The notes beneath the pieces were generated by a model, which was not told the DNA's origin, searched no databases, and was given only the letters and a program-made list of their open reading frames with translations. Made by a program: the position numbers and the translations under genes. Below, in pieces: positions 53,115 through 64,000 of a stretch of DNA of 64,000 bases. The DNA lies in assembly GCF_018977255.1 (NCBI RefSeq), contig NW_024704745.1, positions 11,408,001 through 11,472,000 on the forward strand, given 5' to 3'. The stretch comes from Callorhinchus milii. Lineage: Eukaryota. Every line of letters starts with the position of its first letter. Within the stretch, counting starts at the first letter, position 1.

Positions 53115-53255
53115 GGGGATCTTATTAGAGATACATAAGATTTTAAATGGGATTGAGAAAGCACACCCAGAACAATATTTTGGTATGCATCAGGACAGCA
53201 GAGCACAAGGACAAAGGTTTAGGGTTACAAAGAGCAAGTTCGGGATAGTAACCAT
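53115..53255 (+). mobile_element. CR1 RT C-terminal fragment
   Basis: ILLEIHKILNGIEKAHPEQYF...RAQGQRFRVTKSKF, the CR1 'KILNG...TRGH' region. Confidence 0.7.
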
Positions 53256-54619
53256 CTTGTCTTACGGTCACCTCCTCCATTACACAACTCGGCGTCAGGC
53301 TTCATCACCGTTAAGCGCTCCGAGATGCTGCCCCTGCGCGAAGGGCGCTAAATAAATGCAAGTTGTTGTTTTGTCTTTATAGACAGAAAGCTTCTTTGGT
53401 TAATTTACGATCTCACCAAATAAGTGCTTCACCTCACTATATGATGACAGCCAAGCACACCAAGTCCTAACAAGCCTGAACATCCTGGCTGAAGGATGGT
53501 AGGTGCCGGTTGAATCAAAGAGATCAAAACATTCTGTGCCTCCCCCATCCACCAGCACTTGAAAAAGATGTTAAGATGTGATTTAAGGCAGGTGTGTATT
53601 GTAGGTGACTCCCTGAGTAATCCGAGTCCCACACTTTCCTTGTTGCCTTACCTCAATTTTGTTAGTGCTCAGCTGGACCACTGGATAGAGCTCAAAAAAA
53701 GCGATGTGCTTTATTACATTGAGCTGGAGCAGGGCTCAAGGGGAGTATTAAGTGTTTAACTTTTAACCCTTTCAATGGAAGCAACAGAGACCAACTTCCA
53801 GGTCAGAAGTGACTATCCCCATTACACTGCTTTTGAAAACACAAACTTGGATTTGCTGGTTGCATTGTTTCTGGGTCTGTAACATTCCATGGGAGATGAA
53901 CGGGGATGGCATCCCAACTTCTATTCCCAGGATTCTCAATCCGACGAGCTGGCTCTAACCCAATTCCGAGCAGGAATAGACCTTCAAACTCAATGTTCAA
54001 CACTAGACATAAAAAGCTGTCATGCTGCTCTATCTTTCTTCAACCTGCACATGGGTTTAGCTAATTCTTTATGCACCTCTCATCCATTACCTTTTTTCCG
54101 CTCACACTTAGTTTAAACCAGTTCTTTTAAATACATCTTATCACCATCCACTTCCAACAAATATATGCCCATCGAAATTCACTCAGCAATTTACTGACAG
54201 GCTGATTTGAAACTTTCAGTATGAACTTTCTGCCTTCTCTGAGGCATACTGAATTTCTCGCTCTTTGCAGTGTGTTGTCAGTGTGGTTTGAAAGATGTTT
54301 CAAAGCATCTTAATTGCGGTGGGTTTATACGAGTGGAACTACCTTCTCAGGCTGTGGGTTTCCTGCAGTGTAATGCTGCTCTGCACGTTATCGCTATTTC
54401 ATCGACCAACTGAGTGCAGAGCTGGTGGAGGTCTGAGGCGCCCACCTCATTTGCAGAGCAACCATTTGCACACAACTGTATTCACAACATTGCAAACAGT
54501 TTTCACCCTTTCAGAAGGGTTGTAACTAATATAATTTTTGCAAATATAAGTGTAGTGACTACAGATCTTACAGGCAAATGTGGCACCTCCCCAGCACAGC
54601 ATGGGAGTGTCAGCCTAAG

Positions 54620-54845
54620 TGGGAACCTGGTTGTTAGTCGATTGGCGGATCTCGTTTCCGGGGTAATAATTTCTTCAAAAAAAATAATAATAAATTGATC
54701 AGTCAATACATGATTGTTTGTGGGACACTGCTGTTTCACCCACAAAATATACAGTCAGTTCACTTTACCATATAATCTGTGAAGCAGTTTGAGACGTCTC
54801 AAAGACGTGATAAGGTACTATATCAAATTGCAACGATTATTATTA
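54620..54845 (+). mobile_element. SINE family A, 5'-truncated
   Basis: gaacctggttgttagtcgattggcggatc...aaattgcaacgattattatt. Confidence 0.83.
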
Positions 54846-56084
54846 TTTCACTTAATTCATAATATTTTTTCTCCTTGATTCCTCACCCCACTCGTGGTCA
54901 CCCAATGTAACATAAACTGCTTCAGATCAAATAGTTCCTTTAAGGAACTATAAATATTCGTCAAATCATATTTGATTTGTTACAGCACTATCTTAACAAC
55001 AAAATGGTTTCAGGCTAATGCCTCGAGCCAGCTTGTTCTTTCAATTCATCTGCCTTTGTAGGGCAAGTTCTTTCATCTTTTATCTGAAATGTTGGAAGCT
55101 CCAATTCATTGGCAAGAAACGCCTGACACTGCCTATCCCTTGCACACTCCAAGCAGACAAAAAGTTTTTTGTTTCCTAGCCTTTATACAAAAGGTCTGGA
55201 AAAAATATATTAAAGGGCATGTGTGGATGGGATGGGCTGCTTAATCCTTCAAGTCTCCTTTGCAACTTTCAAACAATATTATGCACTTGCTTTTATTTTA
55301 TCACACTTGCTTTTATTTTATATTTGTTCTACATTGTCACTGATGCCACTGCCCTTCATCCTTTTAGACAGGATTATCTGCGCATTGTTAAGATGATTCC
55401 CCATTCAGCTGGAAGCTTCAGCCTTGTGCGTTCTTGCCTTCTAACCACCCCTCACCCCTCCCCTCTGTTGAGGTTATCTATTATTCCGAAATCTTTCGAG
55501 AACTTAAAAAACTTCCTGACTAACCGATTATAACCACTGAACAATACAATACAAATGTACGATATATAGGGTCTTTCAGATCGGGAGGGCTTGGGATACA
55601 CCCAGGCCTTGGGTTTGAATTCTAGACTCTGAATCAGAGCCTTATATCCTACTGCTATTGTGATCAGGTACTCCCACCCACACTTTAACCCCTCCTCAAA
55701 ACACAATGAGGTGATGTCCCGAAAGCTCAAGCTACTTTTGCTATCTTGTTTAAGTGGTTATTCTCGAATGTGAGTCAAGACAGTAACATAACTGAACCCA
55801 ATTCCATTCGCACCCAACACCACACGGTCCCCCTAGATCAGGCCAATTGTAGCAAAGGAAATACTGCCCCAGTCAAGATTGGCAACCTCAGTACAACCCA
55901 GCAGTTGAATCTGGAACCTCTCAAATCTGCACCGCTCAGTTTTGATGCTTGTTGCTGATTTTGCCACCTGAATCATCAAGGAAGTTACGACCAGACAACT
56001 GGTCTACTCTCTGTTTGAAATATCTATGGCCAAATTAGCAATTTCTTATTCTATCTGAAATTTTTCTAAAGGAACACCTTTCAT

Positions 56085-56525
56085 CAGAATAGTGGAGCCA
56101 GTTCTGGCCAGGCTCCACTGGCTCCCCATCACCAAACGGATGGACTTCAAGATCCTCACACTCGTGTTCAAATCCCTTCACTGCCTGGCACCTCCCTATC
56201 TCTCCGACCTCCTCACTCCCCAATCCACCACCCGGTGCCTCCGCTCAACTGGCACCGGTCTCCTCTCACACTCTCGCATTCTCCGCCTCATCGGAGGTCG
56301 CGCTTTCAGCCACTACGCCCCAAAACTCTGGAACACTCTGCCTCAATCCGTCCATCTTGCCCTGTCTCTCCCCTTTTTCAAGACCCGTCTGAAAACCTTC
56401 CGCTTCGACTGTGCTTACGGCCACTTCGGCCCCACACACCCCAGCTCGGAGTCAGGCTCAGCCACTATTAAGTGCTCTGAGACCCTACACTGCATGGAGG
56501 GCGCTATATAAGTGCAAGTTGTTGT
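56085..56525 (+). mobile_element. L2-clade LINE 3' end (ORF2 C-terminus and tail)
   Basis: PVLARLHWLPITKRMDFKILTLVFKSLHCLAPPYLSDLL...GGRAFSHYAPKLWNTLP...FKTRLKT; tail gcgctatataagtgcaagttgttgt. Confidence 0.92.
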
Positions 56526-57381
56526 ATCACAATAATTACTGAAGAGGAAAAAAATTAGAACATAACCCAAATATTAAACCACGCTGAGTTTTGAGGGAAA
56601 AAGCACATTCCGGTGCCACGACCTGTATAGAAATAGCTTAGAATTTTGTTCAATGTATAATTAAAACAATTACACAATGATTTTTCTTTGCTAGTTTTAC
56701 CTGAAAATAACAGAGAAACGCCTCTTGTAGAATCGTTCTATGTGGCTGCTGCCTGAGATTGGCTTTAGTTTCGCTCAACTATGCTTCAGCTCCAAACTAA
56801 TACGCCATATTCACCAACTGCAAGTTTCAAACAACTCTGTGTTGATGCCTGTCTGCGAGTCTCATTTTCTGAGTAACTTGCTGACTCCCAGCTAGTGTCT
56901 TTTTAACATTACATTGAAATCAACAGTTTACTTAATATATTTTTGTTGAGGAACAAATGCAAGTGGAAATAACTAGACCATTTTCAGTCAACGCCCACTC
57001 GGTTATTTCCTGTTAACTAACTAAGTCGCCATTCGTCTCGTAAAACGACATTAATTTGTCTAGACTAGGCAGTTCAATTTGTTTGCACATGAAAAACACA
57101 TCTTCTGACTCATGCCCTTTTCAAATCGAAAAAAACATTGCTAAATTTCCACCAAAACATTACAAGTATTTCTCGAAAGTTGAAAAAACCTTGTTACAGC
57201 AGCCTCGGAGCAGCTCGGATTTTGAAACCGTATTTTATTACGGCTTACGGAATACCAGTCTTTTTGTCAAACGTACCTGGTTAATATTTCAATTGTTCTC
57301 GAACGGATATTAAAAGGCATATTTTGTGCCAGACATATTTGCACTGCATCTGCGTTAACGGCACAACATCAAGCAGGGGAG

Positions 57382-57420
57382 CAGGTGCACATCAAAGCAA
57401 CGGCAGTGTGACCCGGAAGT
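57382..57420. promoter_or_regulatory. Candidate T-cell enhancer or promoter motif cluster in the presumed CD247 intron 1
   Basis: CAGGTG 57382-57387, ACATCAAAG (TCF/LEF) 57389-57397 and CCGGAAGT (ETS) 57413-57420 within 40 bp, in a CpG-richer repeat-free patch. Confidence 0.45.
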
Positions 57421-58190
57421 CTTTGCCTTTATTTTATACAGATCCATCCGCTCGATTACCTTTTCAATTCGCGAATGCTTCCGAAGAATGATTCAGCAGT
57501 ACCAGTGACAGGAACCTGTTCAAGTTGTTCATAAGTTTAAACACAGAATTGCTGAAATAGATTGCATCCACTAAACGTAAAGAGAGTTTCTCCCTGTCTG
57601 GACCCTTTGGGGTTTGTGTATGTGGAGGTGGAGGAGGAGGTTTAAAATTCGGTTACAAAAGAAACAAGATTAAAATCCCTTTATTTGTTCCACAGACCTA
57701 TGAGAATGTATGACCCAACAGGAGATCGCTTGACCCATTGTGTTAGTGCCAGTGATTCCATTCTATTTTCTCTTTCAGGCTTTCCCAATGGTTAAGTGAT
57801 AAAATACATAACATTGTGTGGCCCTGAACTACACTCACTAGGTTTAATCGCTGGTCTGTTCTGAGTTAGTTGATTTGAAATATGGAGTACTGCATTGGTT
57901 AGCATGAAGCTTTGCATTTGACTGGGCTGAGAACCGATAAAATTCAATCGACTGAGGATTCAATTAACAGGAGACTTTGGAATGTGACTTTGGCCTTTTT
58001 ACCCCAAATCATCCGCTTGATATACAAGGCATTCATGATGGAAAGATGCAAACCAATGTGTTTAAAGAAATAAGCCAGGAATGCTACATCATAGCTTTCA
58101 CATGGCACCATTCAAGTTATCAAATATTTCAAAGTGTTTTTCAGAGTGGGAGTACGAAGCAGGGTGGGGGAAAGAAGAGGTGGGAGGAAG

Positions 58191-58536
58191 ATAATAATAA
58201 TACTTGCATTTGATGTAGCGCCTTATCACATCTTCGAGACATCTCAAAGCGCTTCACAAAGTATACTGTCAAGTGAATTGACTGTATATTTTGTGGGCAA
58301 GACGCGGCAGCCAATTGCGCACAGCAATGTCCCACAAACAGTTGTGGATTGAGTGACCTAATTATTTTTATTTATTTTGAAGGAATTATTAACCCCAGAA
58401 AAGCGATCTGCTAATAGACTAATAACCGGATTCCTACTTACTACTAAGTTAGCAGGCATGTGGAGTAAGGAAACTTGCCCAACGTTTCGCTCTGCCCGAA
58501 TCAAACCCAGGTCCTCTCACTAAGCTACAGGACTCC
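58191..58536 (-). mobile_element. SINE family A with a deletion in the tRNA head
   Basis: Family A tail, 3' module and body; head lacks the anticodon arm. Confidence 0.88.
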
Positions 58537-59869
58537 ACTTAGATGACCAAGGTGCATTAATAAAGGTTGTTTTTTGAAGAAGGGTTTTGAATTTTGAATG
58601 CGGAAAGGGAGGGTGCAAGATAGAAAGATTTAGGATGAGAGTTAATGCATCTGTTTACTTGTTACTCTAGTCCTTTAATCATCAGCATTAAAAAATGCAT
58701 AGAAAATGAACTTTAATTGCGCATATGTAGAAAGCCGAAAAGTTATTTTTATTATTCAAGTGAATAATGTTTTCCCCGATTATACGCACAACATGTTCAT
58801 AGCAAGATTTGCGCAATCCCCACTGTCTTAGTGTTAATTCGTTTGGAACTTTCCATCAATGTTTGAATTTTCTGCTTCCTTCAGCAGATCAGAAAATCTG
58901 TCACACAACAGATAGAATCATATCCACCCCCCCCCGCCAAAAAAAAACAATGTTTGGCTACACTTTTTATTATGTCCAACTTGGTCTAGTGTTCAGAACG
59001 GATAGGGAATAAAATTGAACGGGCTGAGTAATTGCAAAATCGCCACGTAATTTTAAATTATAATAGAGAGCTGTCTGTACACCACTTACTCTGTATGTCT
59101 CTCAGTCGGCACTTGATAGCTTATTTTATCAGAGAATCATCATAGAAATATAGAGTGCACGAGGCCATCATTTAACCCATCGAGTCTGCACCGCTCTTAG
59201 AGCAAGGTGTTCATTCAATCTGATTCCCCTATCTCCATACCCCACACATTATTTTATTCACTTTTTTTCTATTCAGAAGGGAAACAAATGGAGTGGGGGG
59301 GGGTGGGTGGTTGGTGGTGGGAGGGCGGTGGTGTGGGGGTTTGGCATTGAACACTTTAACACAAAGTAACCAGGCGAAATTTGGTGAAGCTGGGAAATTA
59401 TTTCAGAACAACCTATGGTGCTGCTAACTGGGGCAGCCTGGCAGCAGCCATTTTGTAGAACACTCGCCTTAACTGTGATGCCAAAGTTGAGCTTCTGCGT
59501 TGATCAGAGGTGTTGTCTACTGTGTACATCAATGCTATTGTAGTGCAAATGGTGTTACAGGAGACCGAGATTCACTCACAATATGCGGTGTAAGGCCTCT
59601 TCTAAACAGGTAACAAAGGTGATTGAAACAGCGATAAGTGCAAAGATAATGGGTAGAGTGGTCCTCGCTGGACAAGCAGCAGGAAAGCTTGCCAGACAGA
59701 GCTATCAATGTCAAGCTATGCATTTTTAGCTGCTTAGACTCCAGGAGTACCCCCAACACACACTCTGGGGTCCCCAAACATTGGCTCCTGCAAACCTGCA
59801 CCGAATACTTTTTGGAATTAGGTAATTAGTTAAGTGGAGTCCTGTAGCTTAGTGGTTAGAGCACCCATA

Positions 59870-60245
59870 TGTGTCAGGCACCCTGCTGATCAAAAACAAA
59901 ATTGCTTTACAGTGTAGTGACTGTATATTTGTAGGCAAATATGGCAGCCAATTTGCTAACAGTAATGTCGCACAAACAGTTATGAAATGAATAGCCAATT
60001 CTATCTGAGTGATTGTTGGAGAATCTCCCTCTTCTTTTCGAACAGTGCTAATGGGATCTTTAACATCTACCCGACCATGCAAATAGCACCGCAGTTTAAC
60101 GCATCAACCTGTCTGACAATGCAGTGCTCCTTCAGCATTGCCCTGGAGTGTCAGCTTAGGTTATGAGCAAAAAGTCCTGATGGGGGTTTGAACCCACAAC
60201 CTTCTGACTCAGAGATAAGAGTGCCATCAACTGGGCCAGGCTGAC
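59870..60245 (-). mobile_element. Older Deu-domain SINE (family B, SacSINE1/AmnSINE1-like), near full length
   Basis: On -: tRNA-like head gcactcttatctctgagtcagaaggttgtgggttcaaac, then gctgacactcc, gatgttaaagatcccattagcact, aaattggctgcc, cagtcactacact; matches the remembered Deu-SINE layout. Confidence 0.75.
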
Positions 60246-60493
60246 ACAACCAACTGAGCCAGGCTGGCGCTAAATATTGCTGGTCACAGTAGGATGCTAC
60301 ATTTGTAGAAATCTACCAGTTATTGCTTAACTAAGATGTATTTTTGAACAATTCTTGTGTGGGGCTCAGAAAACCATTTGGGTCAAAGTAATTTTGCGAT
60401 ACTGTGAGTCCCTAGAATAGAGTATGGTTATATTCACAATCAACATCAAATAAGTAAAAATATTGTTAATGTTATTTTTTTATTACTATTTAT

Positions 60494-60590
60494 CCTCTCT
60501 CATGTGACACATAGGAAACTGCTTATTATTATCTGTTCTCCTTTCTCATGTGACATATAGGAAACTGTTCATTATTAAGTCTGTTTTCTA
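60494..60590. repeat. Imperfect ~47-bp tandem duplication
   Basis: ct(c/t)tctcatgtgaca(c/t)ataggaaactg..tattatta.tctgtt occurs twice in succession. Confidence 0.85.
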
Positions 60591-61527
60591 CATGTACAAC
60601 CCAGGACACATTATTTTACTGAACCATAGAAAGTATTTATTGTTGCCAAAACCCTGGAGAACACCTAGAGAAAACATGTACTTCATGTATACTTTCCATT
60701 CAAATGCACTTTGGGCATTTGCCCACAACGTGATTTTGGCATGTCTGTCTCAATATCCACCACTACAAAGATTGCACGCTATAATCTAACAGCACGATTT
60801 AATGTTAAGACTGAAGTCTTCTATCCCTTCTCAATTATTAAGATAAACACCAGACAGTTTCTGTAAGGGGCTTCCATTATTCACTGATGGAAGGTCGGCT
60901 AGAAACTCAGAGTCTGGCAGAAAACCAAAGAGAGAATTGCCTGCGCAATGGTAGTCCCTGGTGAAATGTGTTCTATGCAAGGGAAATATTGTTTCTCTTG
61001 GCAGTTGAATTTGATGGAAGCAATGAGACCAGTCATTGAAGTCTAAGCTCTCGGGCCTCTACTCAATAGTTGGCAGTTGGAAAGGTCTTCAGGGTCATCT
61101 TCTATAATAAAAAAGGTTTTGGATGAAAAGGAAACAGCCTGAAATTTCACTAATTGAGTGTGTGTGTGAGTTCAGTGGGGACCTGACTTACTGACTGGTG
61201 TATAACTTGAAAGTGAGAGGTTTCTATTTGGCCCATCAATTTTTGACTTACTGAGCACTTTTCAAGTTGCAACTAATGGAAAAGAAGACAGTCAAAATCC
61301 CAGACATCACCTGAAATACCCACTTGGTATTTCTCACTTCAAACACCACATCAATGGAGAGTTAGATGATAAAATTATTTCTCACACCACGATAGGAAGG
61401 GTCATTGATGTAGAAAATTGAGAACTCAAGAGTCTGGGCAGATGTTCTTGCTAGAAGAGTGTCCATACATCATGTCATCTACATACTGCCTTTGTCACAT
61501 GAGGCTTCAGACTCTGTAACCAACTGA

Positions 61528-61847
61528 ATAATAATAATAATAATAATCCTTGCATTTGATATAGCGCTTTTCACATCTTCTAGACATCTCAAAGCGCTTC
61601 ACAGAACATGCTGTAAAGTGAATTGACTGTATATTTGTGAGCGAAACGCAGCAGCCAATTGCACACAGCAGTGTCCCACAAACAGTCATGGATTGAAAAT
61701 GACCAATTTACTATTGTTTTGTTTTGGAGGGATTATTATTAGGCGTGTGGAGTAAGGAAACTTGCCCAAGGTTTCGCCCGGCCTGGAATTGAACCCAGGT
61801 GTCTCGCTTGCAAGGTGAGTGCTCTAACCACCGAGCTACAGGACTCC
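61528..61847 (-). mobile_element. SINE family A with an internal deletion
   Basis: (TAA)n tail, 3' module and intact tRNA head; the central gtttacctagcagtaag... segment is missing. Confidence 0.88.
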
Positions 61848-62269
61848 AACTGAAGCAAGGTTTTACAGGGAGTTTGAGTAAAAATGTTGGTTGATGAGAG
61901 AAGATGCCTACAGAGGCCTTTAAATGCTAATTTTCTACAAGGACCATGAACAAGTAACAGGTGAGATGGGCAATTCAGATATTCTGAATACACTGATGAC
62001 AGTATAATAGAAAGCATTAAAAGGGAAGATGATAAGCAATGCAATGTGGATCAGATTTCTGCAAAAATTAACAAGAAGGATCCTTTTCTCTACATCTATT
62101 AATTATATAATTTCATTGAAAAAGAAATATAGAAACAAGCTGTACAATCAACAACAAAATATTTTTTCAAGTGAAACACTTTTGTGTTTTGTTATTTTTC
62201 AATGGGCTATTTCTGTGACATGTCTCACACTTGATTTTGTGGTACAACATAAAATGTGTAACACAGAAA

Positions 62270-62720
62270 TTACAAGATCACAAGAGGTTCAGATGAAGAA
62301 AGTTCTTCAGCCCGTGTGATTTCATCTTTCCAGAATACCCAACCAACCGTCCCATTACAGCATCAAGCTGTTTTGTAAATGATTCTAATGTCTTGATCTC
62401 AACCTTGCTTCCAGTTAACCCATTCCAGTCATGACTTGCTCTCTTGGTAAAGAAAAACTTATTGGTGTCTGTCCCAAAATTGTCCATGTGTTCAGCTGTC
62501 TTTATATAGCTGAAACTATTGTTCTGGGTTTATTTTCTGATTGTCATTTAGAGTCTTATACGCAACGGTAATGTTTCCTATGAAATCTCTCTTTTCAAAG
62601 CTGAAGAACCTTGAACCATTGCTCATAGATTATTCCCCTAAAACTGAGGATCATCCTCTTTGCTCTTCTCAATTCCTCACAACTGAACCAAATGTCACTG
62701 AAGACACTCATTTTGCTCAC
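62270..62720 (-). mobile_element. CR1-clade LINE 3' fragment
   Basis: Minus ORF FFTKRASHDWNGLTGSKVEIKTLESFTKQLD, the CR1 'FFTxRVVxxWNxLP...FKxxLD' motif. Confidence 0.75.
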
Positions 62721-63924
62721 CTGTTTATTGAACACTTAGACAGAATCTCCCTCATTATTCTAAGTTAATTTCAGTGGGATCCAATTTTATATTTTACATA
62801 CATGAGGCAAAATTCCACCTGAGTATAGATTTACTCTAAGTTGCAGTGGGCAAAATTCCATTGTGGGGCATTGTGATCAAAACTATTTACACAAGTCTTG
62901 TCGTTGGAATTTCATCCCTTTACCACAAGGGGATCAAATAAATATTTGCATTTCTAGTCAGATGCCCTGTGTGATAGATGTGAATAATTTAATTTGTATT
63001 ATTATTCAATTCCAAGCCCATTATTCAAATAATGTTGCTTTCGGGGACAAACTTTGCTTTGATATTTTCCAACAGGCTGTATTTAATCCAATTCATATGC
63101 AGATTCAGTACGGTTCTACGTCGCATGTAAAGTGAGAAGAGATTTGCACTTACAATGAAAATTATAATAGTAACAGTGAAGACTTCAGGTGTAAGAGCTG
63201 GGCAGACCTTTAAGGTGACTCATTATCGTAAGTGACCAGTGGTTCTTTATGTTTAACTGATGCTTTTTATTGTTATGTTCCATAATAACTGAAGTGGAGC
63301 AGTCATACGTGATCCCTGAGTGTCTGTCTATAAGTTTGTTCCACAAGGGTAAACCCAATCTTACTCTTTCACTTCCAACCATCTATTATGCCTATTGTGT
63401 GGGGTTTGTAGTTTTTTTCTACAAAACAACAACTGAATGGAAACAACCTATCGTAGGAGGGTGACAGCTCATTTCTCAAGATTAGTGCAAGAGAAATATT
63501 GAAAACATGTATTGCTACTGGAGTGGAAATCCAGTATCGTCAGATAAGCAAGGTGACTAAAAAGGTGACCATGAGTGGGTCTCCTAGTTATGAGAGCTTA
63601 TTGGGGCAGTCCCTGGAAATCTAAATAAAATAGGGGTTCCCTTTCCTACATGGATCAAAAGTCATTCTGAACACAGATCTGGAGGGAGACTCTATTTCAT
63701 GGGTGCAATTTCAATGTCCACAAAATCAATATTCTGTGCGTCCGAAGACCAAACTATGCTAGTGATTATGTGCTATAACTATAGTAGTATAGTAAACAAA
63801 GCTTTGAAAATGAAAGGCCGAATTTGACTGAATTGTTTTTCCAATGGGATCTGGAGTTTTATATAAACAGGGGGATAGAACACAGAAACAAATAAGTGAT
63901 GCTAAACCTGCACAAACCATTGGT

Positions 63925-64000
63925 TTAAGTCATATTTGGTGTCTATTCTCCAATTTTGGGTGCCCAACTTTAGGAAAGATGTCAAGTGCCATGGAGTGAG
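63925..64000 (+). mobile_element. CR1 RT fragment running off the window end
   Basis: tattctccaattttgggtgcccaactttaggaaagatgtcaag resembles YxxQFWxPxxRKDV. Confidence 0.6.

Noticed and set aside
45824-64000. CD247 exon 1 (signal peptide)
   Set aside because: I scanned minus-strand donors by eye and none had an upstream ATG, hydrophobic leader and phase 1; probably outside the window, though I may have missed it
1-64000. CRISPR array, operon, rRNA, intact transposon or endogenous virus
   Set aside because: No regularly spaced repeat-spacer units, no long ORFs and no rRNA motifs; recurring motifs are dispersed SINE/LINE tails in eukaryotic introns

Overview
Vertebrate genomic DNA, AT-rich and intron-dominated. 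The host is most likely a cartilaginous fish, possibly a chimaera (inferred from Deu-domain SINE, L2 and CR1 repeats and from protein divergence; not verified). Two genes lie tail-to-tail, and neither is resolved by the ORF track. (1) The 3' half of POU2F1/Oct-1 on + has 8 coding exons from 1116 to 15761. All splice phases are consistent, giving 507 codons including the stop and covering the POU-specific domain, homeodomain and Ser/Thr/Ala-rich C-terminus. A ~17 kb repeat-poor stretch follows and is probably a very long 3'UTR. (2) CD247/CD3-zeta on - has exons 2-8 from 45823 down to 36086, with the TM segment [16 protein letters not shown] and three complete ITAMs. Exon 1 (signal peptide) was not found and probably lies beyond 64000. 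The rest is intron or intergenic DNA with two tRNA-headed SINE families sharing a 3' module, L2 and CR1 3' fragments, and small duplications. The most intriguing observation is a complete extra ITAM (YEDL-x6-YSSL) in frame at the start of CD247 intron 3, which predicts a possible single-ITAM, FcR-gamma-like zeta isoform. Intron 5 also has a 79-aa open read-through ending in a stop that overlaps AATAAA. No prokaryote-type systems (CRISPR, operons, intact transposases) are present. Repeat boundaries are approximate, read by eye.
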